From positions 1 to 26,889 of the forward strand of contig JAPKCZ010000001.1 in NCBI GenBank assembly GCA_028822745.1: a stretch of 26,889 bases of DNA, given 5' to 3'. The notes under the pieces were generated by a model. It ran no database searches. It was not told where the DNA came from and saw nothing but the letters and a program-made list of their open reading frames with translations. The position numbers and the translations under genes were made by a program. The stretch is from Kiritimatiellia bacterium (lineage in GTDB: Bacteria; Verrucomicrobiota; Kiritimatiellia; UBA8416; JAIOPI01). Of this stretch, positions 16,741 to 24,820 are shown piece by piece (position 1 is the first letter of the stretch; each line of letters starts with the position of its first letter).

Positions 16741-16852
16741 CCCCCCCTTTGTAACGGGGCCTCCGCATGCTGACAAGAGCAAGCATGAACGTTCTTGGTT
16801 AAGGCAGGCTCTGCTCGGTCCGACCCCCCTCTTTAAACTTTTTTAATAAATT

Positions 16853-16869
16853 ACTTTGCAACGCAAAGT
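16853..16869. promoter_or_regulatory. Palindromic candidate operator in a divergent promoter region
   Basis: ACTTTGC-aac-GCAAAGT in an AT-rich stretch just upstream of the MpaB-family gene. Confidence 0.35.
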
Positions 16870-16889
16870 GCTTTATGTATATTCGCATC

Positions 16890-17879
16890 ATGAAAGCAAC
16901 AAAACCACATGCCATCAGCGATGACGCCCTGCTGGCCCGCTTGGAAGAAGTGGCCGGAAGGACGCTCGACCCGAACGCCGGCATTTTCGGCCCGGCGTCC
17001 ATGACGTGGCACCTCGGACGACATACATCCCTCTTCTGGGGCAGTTGGCGCGCGGTACTGCTGCAGTTGGCGCATCCCTGGGTGGCCAACGCGGTTTGTC
17101 AGCACTCCCATTTCATGGAGGATCCGCTCGGACGCTTCCATCGCACCTTTTCGACGATGTTCAAAATGACGTTCGGCGATTTGGACACGGCCCTGACGAC
17201 AGCGCGAGGCCTGCACGCCATGCATACGCGCATTCAGGGTCGTATCGCCTGCCCGGCGGGGCGCTTCAAGACCGGCACACGCTACCAGGCCAACGAAGCC
17301 CACGCCCTTTTCTGGGTGCAGGCCACCCTGATCGACACCACCGTTCGCGTTTTCGAGCAAACCGTGCGCCCTTTAAAAGCAGAAGAGAAGGCGCGTTATT
17401 ACGAAGAATCGAAACGCATGCTGTGTCTTTTTGGCATTCCCGAGGATCTTGTGCCGCCAGACTGGTATCAATTTCAGGCGTACAATCGCGACATGTGGGC
17501 ATCGGACACATTGAGTGTTTGTGAAAGCGCCCGAGCCTCGGCCGATTACCTCTTTCGTATACGCCAGATGCCCGCCACTTGGGTCGTGTCCGCACCGGCG
17601 CGACGGGTGACCAGCGTCATGCTTCCGCCGCGCTTTCGCATGGCCTACGGGCTGCCCGACCCGACGCTGCACCAGCGCTGCCACTATGCCCGCACGATGC
17701 GTTGGACGCGCCGCAGTTTTGCGCGTTTACCAACGCATCTTCGCTACGCCACGCCATATCTGGAGGCGCTACAGCGATTGGAGGGGCGTGATCGAGCCCG
17801 CCCCATCACCCGTTTAATGAATCGCGTTTGGATCGGAAAGCCGGAACTGGTGATGGCGTCGCCCGGTTCTCAGACATAA
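16890..17879 (+). CDS. Oxygenase MpaB family protein (DUF2236 / Lcp-like catalytic domain)
   Basis: GIFGPASMTW, RAVLLQLAHPWVANAV, DPLGRFHRT, LHAMH, YQANE...WVQATLID, LFGIP, LPPRFRMAYGL. Start 16890 or 16875. Confidence 0.88.
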   Translation: MKATKPHAISDDALLARLEEVAGRTLDPNAGIFGPASMTWHLGRHTSLFWGSWRAVLLQLAHPWVANAVCQHSHFMEDPLGRFHRTFSTMFKMTFGDLDTALTTARGLHAMHTRIQGRIACPAGRFKTGTRYQANEAHALFWVQATLIDTTVRVFEQTVRPLKAEEKARYYEESKRMLCLFGIPEDLVPPDWYQFQAYNRDMWASDTLSVCESARASADYLFRIRQMPATWVVSAPARRVTSVMLPPRFRMAYGLPDPTLHQRCHYARTMRWTRRSFARLPTHLRYATPYLEALQRLEGRDRARPITRLMNRVWIGKPELVMASPGSQT

Positions 17880-17913
17880 GCAGATCATGCCGCCAAGACA
17901 GGAGTAAATCATT

Positions 17914-18246
17914 ATGGATGCCGGAATCGATGCAATTGGTTTTTATGTTCCACAATGTGTATTGAATTTGCGCGACCTTGCCCAGGCGCGCTCAATCCCC
18001 TACGCCAAGTTAGCACAGGGACTCGGGCAGGAACGCATGGCGATCGCACCGCTGGGCGAGGATATTGTGACCATGGGTGCGCATGCCGCGCACGAAGCCC
18101 TTGAACATGTCGACCGGCAGTCGATCGACACGATTATTGTAGCGACCGAATCGGGCGTCGACCAATCCAAGTCCGCGGCGATCTATTTGCACCGTTTGCT
18201 CGAGCTGCCGAAGAGCTGTAAAGCGTTTGAGATCAAGCAGGCCTGC
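17914..18246 (+). pseudogene. mvaS: Hydroxymethylglutaryl-CoA synthase, N-terminal third only
   Basis: GIDAIGFYVP, GLGQERMA, EDIVTMGA, VATESGVDQSKS (Glu79), AFEIKQAC (Cys111); homology stops there, the frame continues in unrelated sequence to a stop at 18396. Confidence 0.85.
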
Positions 18247-18559
18247 GTTGTGAAAGCGGGTTGGCTACCTGCTTTGATTCTAGGTATTCATGGCGTCGCG
18301 CTGCTCTATCTAGACGTATATGCCGGGGGGCCTGATGCTGACAGAAGGCCTGCATCGTCTTTTGATGGTTGGAACGCTGGTCGTGGTTTGGATTGATCAC
18401 GGAAAGGTATATCGTGCAGGAGGTTACAGCTTTTGGACATATGCACGCGACACCTGGGCCGAATTGCGTGCGTGTTTGCGTATAAGCCGCACGTGGGCAG
18501 TGCTTGGGAATGATGCTGCACATTCGGCTGTTGTGGCCCAAATGGCGGCGCAACCTTGA
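18247..18559 (+). pseudogene. 3' fragment of an unrelated gene (tentatively the C-terminus of a ferritin-like-domain protein)
   Basis: HRLLMVGTLVVVWIDHGKVYRAGGYSFWTYARDTW resembles, from memory, the C-terminal tail of a ferritin-like-domain family; no own start or RBS. Unverified. Confidence 0.3.
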
Positions 18560-18637
18560 TTCAAAAAAGAGCCGTTGACACCACGAAGAACGCGAAGGTT
18601 CCTGGAGTACGAGACTCCGTCGAGCCGCCTTGTTCAA

Positions 18638-19666
18638 CTACGACGCCGGAACGAGCAGGTTTTCCTGGTAAAGCTTGGTGACGAATTTGCAGTCGAGTGC
18701 GTGACCCGCTTTATAGGATTCGATATGGCCGACGAAGCGTCCTTTATCGATCAAGGCAACCGCGGCCAACAAATCGAGTGCTGAACGGTGCCATACTGCT
18801 TCGAGCGACTTGCCGTCATGAACCAGTTGAGGCTCATTGACATAAGATGTACGCCCGGCGATCAACAGGTTCTTCTTGCTGTAGCCCAGATTGCGGACAT
18901 CTGCGAAAATTTTGCCGATTGTTTTGCAATAGAGCATCACGCCGATGTTGGTGTTTGTTCGGGCGACGGCACCTTTACGGAAGGACGCGTTGTCCATGGT
19001 GTATTGCAAGCGCTGCTGGCCGATAGCGTTCGGAAAATCCAAGGCACAATCGATCGTGAGGTCACGCGACCCCGCGGGTGCTGGATGCACAATCAGAAAA
19101 TTTCCGTACGGTCCGACGATGGATACCTTCTCCTTCACCGTCACATAGCGTGCAAGGCGACCCGTCGGCACGATGCCAATTCGATCGGCGGCTTCGACAA
19201 TGTCGAGCGCACCGCGTTCAAACAGAGGCGGGTCGCCATCACTAACCCGTATGCACACGTTATCGAGCCCCATGCCGTAGCGCAGTGAAACGATGTGTTC
19301 GACCATGCGTAAATAATTGTGCGGGGAGCCACTACGCAGCACGATGTTGCTGACCGTATTTCCCGTCGTCCACACATTTTCGATCGAAACGCGAACCGGC
19401 AGCGAGTCAGGTTGGTCCTCACGATCGATCCACCAACCAGGCTCGCTTGATGGCCCAAATGTTAGCGTCCGGTGGGCTTTGCCCAGAAACGTACCGGGGC
19501 CGCTAACAGAAAAAGACCCGGCCAGGGTGGTTTCATCGGGGGTATAGGCTTGCGCGGCGTCATGCGGCTCAACGAGGTCGACAGGTTGGGCCTGAAACGC
19601 CTCATACCCGCTACGTAAAACTTCTGCGTCCCCTGCTAAGAGACGTCCAAACAAATCGTTGGCCAA
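18638..19666 (-). CDS. lpxC: UDP-3-O-acyl-N-acetylglucosamine deacetylase family, divergent
   Basis: TTLAGSFSVSGPGTFLG, MVEHIVS...GLDNV, PPLFE, TIDCALDF...IGQQ, ARTN, HRSALDLL, KAGHALD; TTG start with AAGGA upstream. Confidence 0.85.
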   Translation of the reverse strand: MANDLFGRLLAGDAEVLRSGYEAFQAQPVDLVEPHDAAQAYTPDETTLAGSFSVSGPGTFLGKAHRTLTFGPSSEPGWWIDREDQPDSLPVRVSIENVWTTGNTVSNIVLRSGSPHNYLRMVEHIVSLRYGMGLDNVCIRVSDGDPPLFERGALDIVEAADRIGIVPTGRLARYVTVKEKVSIVGPYGNFLIVHPAPAGSRDLTIDCALDFPNAIGQQRLQYTMDNASFRKGAVARTNTNIGVMLYCKTIGKIFADVRNLGYSKKNLLIAGRTSYVNEPQLVHDGKSLEAVWHRSALDLLAAVALIDKGRFVGHIESYKAGHALDCKFVTKLYQENLLVPAS

Positions 19667-19743
19667 GATCTTGTATCCTTTTGTCGTGTTCTTTGACGCG
19701 CATCACAATCGGTCGGCATACTAGCCTCGATGTCGGGCCGGAA

Positions 19744-20883
19744 TCAAATCTCAAAGCGTTTTTCACAGGAAACAAGTTGGCGATACCCCGTTGCCGTGAC
19801 GACGACGGTATCTTCGATGCGAAAGCCGCCCGTGGTCGGATAATACAGACCCGGTTCTATCGTAATAACGTTCCCTTTTTTCAGGCGTGTTTCCGACAGA
19901 CTGACAGACGGCGCTTCGTGAATGGCCAACCCCACGCCGTGTCCGGTGCTGTGGATAAAGCCCGCCGGCGTTCCATCCAGCAGCCCCGTTTCAAAACCGC
20001 GCCGTTCAAATTCGTCGACCGAAGCCTTGTGTACCGAGCTGCATTTCACGGCAGGGGCGATGCGCGTGAGCGAGGCACGATGTGCCGCTTTGACCGCGTT
20101 GTACATGCGCTTCTGTTGCGGTGTCGCTTTGCCACGGATCACAGTGCGCGTGATATCGCCCCAATAACCGTGATGCATATGGCGCGGAAAAATATCGATG
20201 ATGATCGGTTCATGCGCCCGCAAGGGGCCACTTCCGCGCTCGTGGGGGTCAACGCCTTGTGCCCCACCTGCCACAATCACGTCGCCGCACACGGTGTTAT
20301 GATCCAGAAGAACATGGTGGATGCAGCGCTGCACGGCTTCCGAGCGAAGCGTTTTTCCTTTGTAGGTTAAGGTGCCGCTGCGTGAAATTGTGGTCGCACC
20401 AATCATGGTCACAGCGGCCTGCATGGCATCAACGGCCGCCTGCTGGCTCTCGGTAATGCACGCGATTTCTACCGGTGACTTAACCTGGCGCTTGGGAAAG
20501 AGGGCCTCGCGGCTCGTGGTGATGCGGATGCCCCGCGCTTCCAGACGCTGCGCAATACCATGCGGAAAGTCCGATGGAACGCTGACGCGCGTCAAACCGA
20601 TGTGTCGCAACAGACACAAGGCCCATTGATCAAGCTTTCCGCGGCCGGTTTTTGGCACTTTCAGGTCGTCCGGCGTCAGGGCCTCGAGAGGCGGAAATGT
20701 CTTGGACGTGGCCGCCAAAGTGCGCGCTCGGCCTATTTCAAGGCGCGAAACGACTAAATAGCGCTTTTTTGGGGTGACGAGGTAAACCAGAGGGTCCGGC
20801 GCCCAAAAACCGCTCGAATAGACAAGGTCAGGGCTCTCGGAAGGGCTTGCAATGAGCAAAATTACGGCTGTTGATTTCTTCAT
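19744..20883 (-). CDS. Xaa-Pro aminopeptidase/dipeptidase (M24B)
   Basis: Metal ligands present: IIIDIFP, YWGDITRT, HSTGHGVGLAIHEAP, TIEPGLY, RIEDTV. Start ATG 20883 or TTG 20892. Confidence 0.94.
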   Translation of the reverse strand: MKKSTAVILLIASPSESPDLVYSSGFWAPDPLVYLVTPKKRYLVVSRLEIGRARTLAATSKTFPPLEALTPDDLKVPKTGRGKLDQWALCLLRHIGLTRVSVPSDFPHGIAQRLEARGIRITTSREALFPKRQVKSPVEIACITESQQAAVDAMQAAVTMIGATTISRSGTLTYKGKTLRSEAVQRCIHHVLLDHNTVCGDVIVAGGAQGVDPHERGSGPLRAHEPIIIDIFPRHMHHGYWGDITRTVIRGKATPQQKRMYNAVKAAHRASLTRIAPAVKCSSVHKASVDEFERRGFETGLLDGTPAGFIHSTGHGVGLAIHEAPSVSLSETRLKKGNVITIEPGLYYPTTGGFRIEDTVVVTATGYRQLVSCEKRFEI

Positions 20884-20899
20884 GTTCGTCAAATTCTCC

Positions 20900-21453
20900 T
20901 AATCCATGCCGCATCCTACGCAAAGAAAGCGTCCTGCGCAAATTAGAGACGTCATGAACAGCTTTTTTGAGCGGTGATGCCCCTCTAAGAATCACGACAT
21001 ACGAATCACGCTTTCTTGGTTTTCAAACACTTGTTTTTGATATTGCGCACAACTGTACTACGTATTTGTTATCGTAAAACACTTATATAGAGTATCTTGC
21101 ATAACAAATAGACACTACATACTACGCGTTTGAACAAACCCGCATCGATTGCGCATCTTATCGGTGGTTTGGTGGTCATGAATCAAAAAGTCCTAGCGCG
21201 ATGAGCACATCGGCCAGATATCAACAGATGCCAAAATGGCGCTTTGAGCTCAAAATTTAACGTTAACTAATCAAAAGTAGGCTATTTTTTGCCTGTTAAT
21301 AACCTGTTAATATGTTTAAATCTTTTTTCCTTGTCAGCAGGGGCTCGATTTCGTGCTATGTGGTCGTCTTTGGAGCCAATAATCATCCCGGTTTAGGCAA
21401 CAAAACATCTTTTCTGTATTTTTTAGACTTTTTTGCGAATGTAGGGGTTAAAC
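20900..21453. other. AT-rich dnaA upstream region, probable oriC sub-region with DnaA-box-like sites
   Basis: About 550 nt non-coding; TGTTAATAA (21294-21302) and TGTTAATAT (21305-21313); gene orientation flips across this region. Confidence 0.6.
21289..21316 (+). promoter_or_regulatory. Candidate dnaA sigma70 promoter
   Basis: TTGCCT-16 nt-TATGTT, with two DnaA-box-like 9-mers in the spacer. Confidence 0.45.
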
Positions 21454-22911
21454 GTGCGGGAAAACAACTCAGACCATCTTTTGGCTACCGAATTATGGAC
21501 ACGCGTCTGTGCCGAACTTCAAGAAATACTTCATGTCGATGTTTACAGCCGATGGATCTCCGTCATATCGCCTTGTGCGTTGACCGACGGTACCTTGGTC
21601 CTCGAAGTTGAAAACGACTTCTATCAGACATGGCTAGAAGACAATTATCTGCCCCTGATTCACCAGGCCATTAAGAGCATCACGGCCGATGAGATCAAGA
21701 CGCGCTTTCAGGTGGCCGATGCGGCGACCAAGCCTGCGCCAGCGGCGGTCGCCCCTGCTGCTGAGCAAGATTCCCCGCAGCAAACACTAAACCTTAACGC
21801 TGAGAGCGCTCCCCCGGCTGCCGAAAAAACGCCTAAACCTACTGCCGCGGCACCCCGCAGCACACGTCAAGCTGACAGCGGCGGCGCGCGACTGAACCCA
21901 CGCTTCACTTTCGAAAATTTCATCATCGGGCCGTCAAACAACTTTGCACACGCGGCATCGCTGGCCGTCGCCCAAGCGCCTGCACGGGCATACAACCCGC
22001 TTTTTGTTTACGGGGGAACCGGCCTGGGCAAGACACATCTGATGGCCAGCATTGGGCATCACGTTTTACAAAACTCACGCGCCAAAATTTGCTATGTTTC
22101 GTCCGAAGCGTTTTTGAATGAATACATCAACGCACTGACCACGCGCAGTCTGGTGCAGTTCCGCCGCAAGTACCGCAACACCGATTTGCTGTTGATCGAC
22201 GATATCCATTTCCTGGCCAGCAAGGAGCAATTGCAGGAAGAGTTCTTCCACACCTTCAACACCCTCTTTGATGCACGCAAACAGATCGTCATGACAAGTG
22301 ACCGGCCTGCCAGCGAGATTTCCGGTTTGGAACAGCGCCTGGTTTCGCGTTTTGAGTGGGGTTTGGTCACTGAACTGGAACCCCCCGACCTCGAAACGCG
22401 CATCGCCATTCTGAAGTATCGTCAGGAAAAAGCTGAACACAAGCTGCCTGACGATCTGCTGCTCTTTATCGCCGAGCACATTCGTTCCAACATTCGTCGT
22501 CTGGAAGGCGCTTTGATTCGCGCCATTTCTTACGCATCCCTGACGAACCGTGATTTGACATTGGACTCGCTGAAATACCTGCTTCGGGACACGCTTGAGC
22601 AGGAAATGGAGGCGGCTTTGTCCTTTGCCGACATTCAACGCGCCGTTGCGGATCATTTCGACATTCGGTTGAGCGACATGACAAGCAAGAACCGTCAACG
22701 CAGCGTCGCGGCGCCACGTCAGCTCGCCATGTACTTATGCCGTCGTATGACGGACTCGTCCTTCCCGGACATTGCCGAAGCCTTTGGAAAGACGCATGCC
22801 ACGATTCTGCACGCCTATCGCCAGGTGGACAGCCGACTAGATGTTGACCCCGAGCTCAAGCGCAGCATGTCTTCCATCTGCGGAAAACTGGGCCGCTCCG
22901 TCAGTGTATAA
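21454..22911 (+). CDS. dnaA: Chromosomal replication initiator DnaA
   Basis: Domain I (WISVISP...VENDFYQTW), Ala/Pro linker, FTFENFIIGPSN, YNPLFVYGGTGLGKTHL (Walker A), LLIDDIHF (Walker B), QEEFFHTFN, RLVSRFEWGL, NIRRLEGAL, domain IV; GTG start. Confidence 0.99.
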   Translation: MRENNSDHLLATELWTRVCAELQEILHVDVYSRWISVISPCALTDGTLVLEVENDFYQTWLEDNYLPLIHQAIKSITADEIKTRFQVADAATKPAPAAVAPAAEQDSPQQTLNLNAESAPPAAEKTPKPTAAAPRSTRQADSGGARLNPRFTFENFIIGPSNNFAHAASLAVAQAPARAYNPLFVYGGTGLGKTHLMASIGHHVLQNSRAKICYVSSEAFLNEYINALTTRSLVQFRRKYRNTDLLLIDDIHFLASKEQLQEEFFHTFNTLFDARKQIVMTSDRPASEISGLEQRLVSRFEWGLVTELEPPDLETRIAILKYRQEKAEHKLPDDLLLFIAEHIRSNIRRLEGALIRAISYASLTNRDLTLDSLKYLLRDTLEQEMEAALSFADIQRAVADHFDIRLSDMTSKNRQRSVAAPRQLAMYLCRRMTDSSFPDIAEAFGKTHATILHAYRQVDSRLDVDPELKRSMSSICGKLGRSVSV

Positions 22912-23260
22912 CCCACCTCCTTGGCGAGCCTTAAAAGATGGTTTGTTGTACTTTTCAAAATTTAAAATGGAACTTCTGTGTCTTTTTTCGATCTTGATAA
23001 GGGTGTCAGTAACCCCTTGTTGAATTGTTAATAAATGAAAAAACAATTGATAACTCAAGCTTATGAACAGACGGCGACATTTCATCATCCACGTTATTGA
23101 CAGGCTCAACATGCCTATGCATGCTGCCTAGCAAGGGTTTAGCGTACTTTTAACTTTATTCGTCTGCTATAATAGTGATAGTGTTTTAGATCTATATAGG
23201 TTATTTCTAATATAGTGTTGTGAACAACTTCAATTCTAGGCCCAGACCGCAGAGCACAGT
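22912..23260. other. dnaA-dnaN intergenic region, probable oriC core (DnaA boxes plus AT-rich unwinding element)
   Basis: Box-like 9-mers at 22992, 23026, 23045, 23061, 23085, 23094, 23219; very AT-rich 23145-23215 containing one GATC. Confidence 0.75.
23165..23173 (+). promoter_or_regulatory. Extended -10 promoter upstream of dnaN
   Basis: TGCTATAAT, a perfect TGnTATAAT. Confidence 0.5.
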
Positions 23261-24355
23261 ATGAAATTTGAGATTGCCAAAGCACCCTTGTTGGAAGGAC
23301 TTCAAAAAGTCCAGAACGTCGTCAGCTTGCGAAGTACGCTGCCCATTCTCTCGAACGTGCTTCTGAATGCAGACAAAGAAGGTCTTTGGCTCACCACGAC
23401 AGATCTGGACGTGACCGTACGTTGTCGGGTCGATGCAAATGTGACCAAGCCTGGGGCAACGACATTGCCGGTACGCCGTATGGCCAGTATCATTCGCGAA
23501 CTACCGGACAGCATGATCGAAGTTGAGATTGATGATAAAAATCAGGCGACATTCAATTGTGCCTCCTCCTTTTTTAAACTGATCGGCTTGTCCGAAGATG
23601 AGTTTCCGCCCATTCCAAAAGCAGATGGAAACCACACCATCACGATCAATTCTGGAATATTCCGTGAGATGCTTCGAAAAACATCCTACGCGGCGTCTAC
23701 GGACGAAACGCGTTATGTGCTCAACGGCGTCTTGCTGAGTTTCAAGAGTGACAAACTTACTATTGTCGCCACAGACGGCCGTCGCTTGGCCCTCATCGAG
23801 CAGGAAGTCGAATTACCGGCCGAGGCCCAGACTGACATCATCTTGCCCACCAAGGCCGTTAACGAGCTTCTACATATCCTTGGTGATGACGGCGAACTCA
23901 AGATCACACCAAAAGAGAATCAGATCGTTTTCGAATCAGGCGAAACCCTGCTTTCGACCAAACTGATCGATGGAACGTACCCCAACTATCGCCAGGTTAT
24001 CCCAGCGCAGTGTGAGGAACGAGTAACGGTTGAACGCGAAAGCTTGCTGACCGCTATGCGCCGTGTCTCTCTGGTCACGGCAGATCGCTCGAGTGCGACC
24101 AAGTTGACTTTTTCTAAGAACAAGTTAAACGTCACCATGAACACACCAGATGTGGGTGAAGCACGTGAAACCATTCCAATTAAGTATTCTGGAAAAGAAA
24201 TCACAGTCGCGTTTAACCCCGAGTATATGATCGATCCGCTAAAAAATCTGAGTAATGACGAAATCTACGTTGAACTTAGTGACGATCTCAGCCCGGGCGT
24301 TGTCAAATGTGACATTCCGTTCCTCTACGTGCTCATGCCGATGCGCGTCAGCTAG
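23261..24355 (+). CDS. dnaN: DNA polymerase III beta sliding clamp
   Basis: STLPILSNVLL, TTDLD, SEDEFP, DETRYVLNGV, VATDGRRLA, KLIDGTYPNYRQVIP, AFNPEY, YVLMPMR. Confidence 0.99.
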   Translation: MKFEIAKAPLLEGLQKVQNVVSLRSTLPILSNVLLNADKEGLWLTTTDLDVTVRCRVDANVTKPGATTLPVRRMASIIRELPDSMIEVEIDDKNQATFNCASSFFKLIGLSEDEFPPIPKADGNHTITINSGIFREMLRKTSYAASTDETRYVLNGVLLSFKSDKLTIVATDGRRLALIEQEVELPAEAQTDIILPTKAVNELLHILGDDGELKITPKENQIVFESGETLLSTKLIDGTYPNYRQVIPAQCEERVTVERESLLTAMRRVSLVTADRSSATKLTFSKNKLNVTMNTPDVGEARETIPIKYSGKEITVAFNPEYMIDPLKNLSNDEIYVELSDDLSPGVVKCDIPFLYVLMPMRVS

Positions 24356-24381
24356 GACCGTCGTTCCGACTGCTTTAAAAC

Positions 24382-24410
24382 TTGCTTGAACGTCGGTCCT
24401 GAAGCATAGT
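24382..24410 (+). promoter_or_regulatory. sigma70 promoter for tRNA-Gln
   Basis: TTGCTT-17 nt-CATAGT, 26 nt upstream of the tRNA. Confidence 0.5.
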
Positions 24411-24436
24411 CATCGATTCTTAAATCCATCTCTCAT

Positions 24437-24510
24437 TGCCCGATGGTGTAACGGTAGCACTGCTGATTCTGGTTCAGTTAGTCTAGGTTCAAATCCTAGT
24501 CGGGCAACCA
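24437..24510 (+). tRNA. tRNA-Gln (CUG)
   Basis: Acceptor TGCCCGA/TCGGGCA (U1-A72), D arm with GG, anticodon arm GCTGA-ttCTGgt-TCAGT, T arm CTAGG-TTCAAAT-CCTAG, encoded CCA; 74 nt. Confidence 0.97.
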
Positions 24511-24616
24511 AGCGAATACCGAGTCTCATTTTTCTATCCAGACTCACCATCACGATCATTGATATACCCTCACTGTCTGATCTATAATGGTCGCTGGGTA
24601 TGAAAGGATTTATTTG

Positions 24617-24820
24617 ATGGTGCTTCGTAATATAATTTCAATGATCTCTCTGGCGTGGATCTGTGCGCTCCTGCATTCAGATGCACGGGTTGACCCGGGG
24701 CGACACCGCCATGGTGGGTTGACCGAAGTGTCATTGATACAAACGCCCTTCCCAACGATTTCGCAGCCATCAATCTAGGTCAGGTTAAATGGTTTGCCAG
24801 TATGGCGTTCGATTTCGTTC
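24617..24820 (+). pseudogene. Frameshifted 5' end of a secreted protein (signal peptide plus PxWW...ND(F/Y)AxxNLGQ module)
   Basis: AAAGGA RBS, MVLRNIISMISLAWICALLHSDA in one frame, then ATPPWWVDRSVIDTNALPNDFAAINLGQVKWFASMAFD in another frame after the G4 run at 24697-24700. Confidence 0.6.

Noticed and set aside
19950-19958. Perfect canonical DnaA box TGTGGATAA
   Set aside because: Single copy inside the M24 peptidase CDS, where it encodes the conserved F-I-H-S before the metal-binding His; explained by protein constraint.
21095-21122. dif-like site (TTGCATAA...)
   Set aside because: No XerD arm (TTATGTTAAAT), and dif is not expected beside the origin.
24157-24172. parS-like CACGTGAAAC
   Set aside because: Only the right half matches TGTTTCACGTGAAACA, and it lies within dnaN coding sequence.
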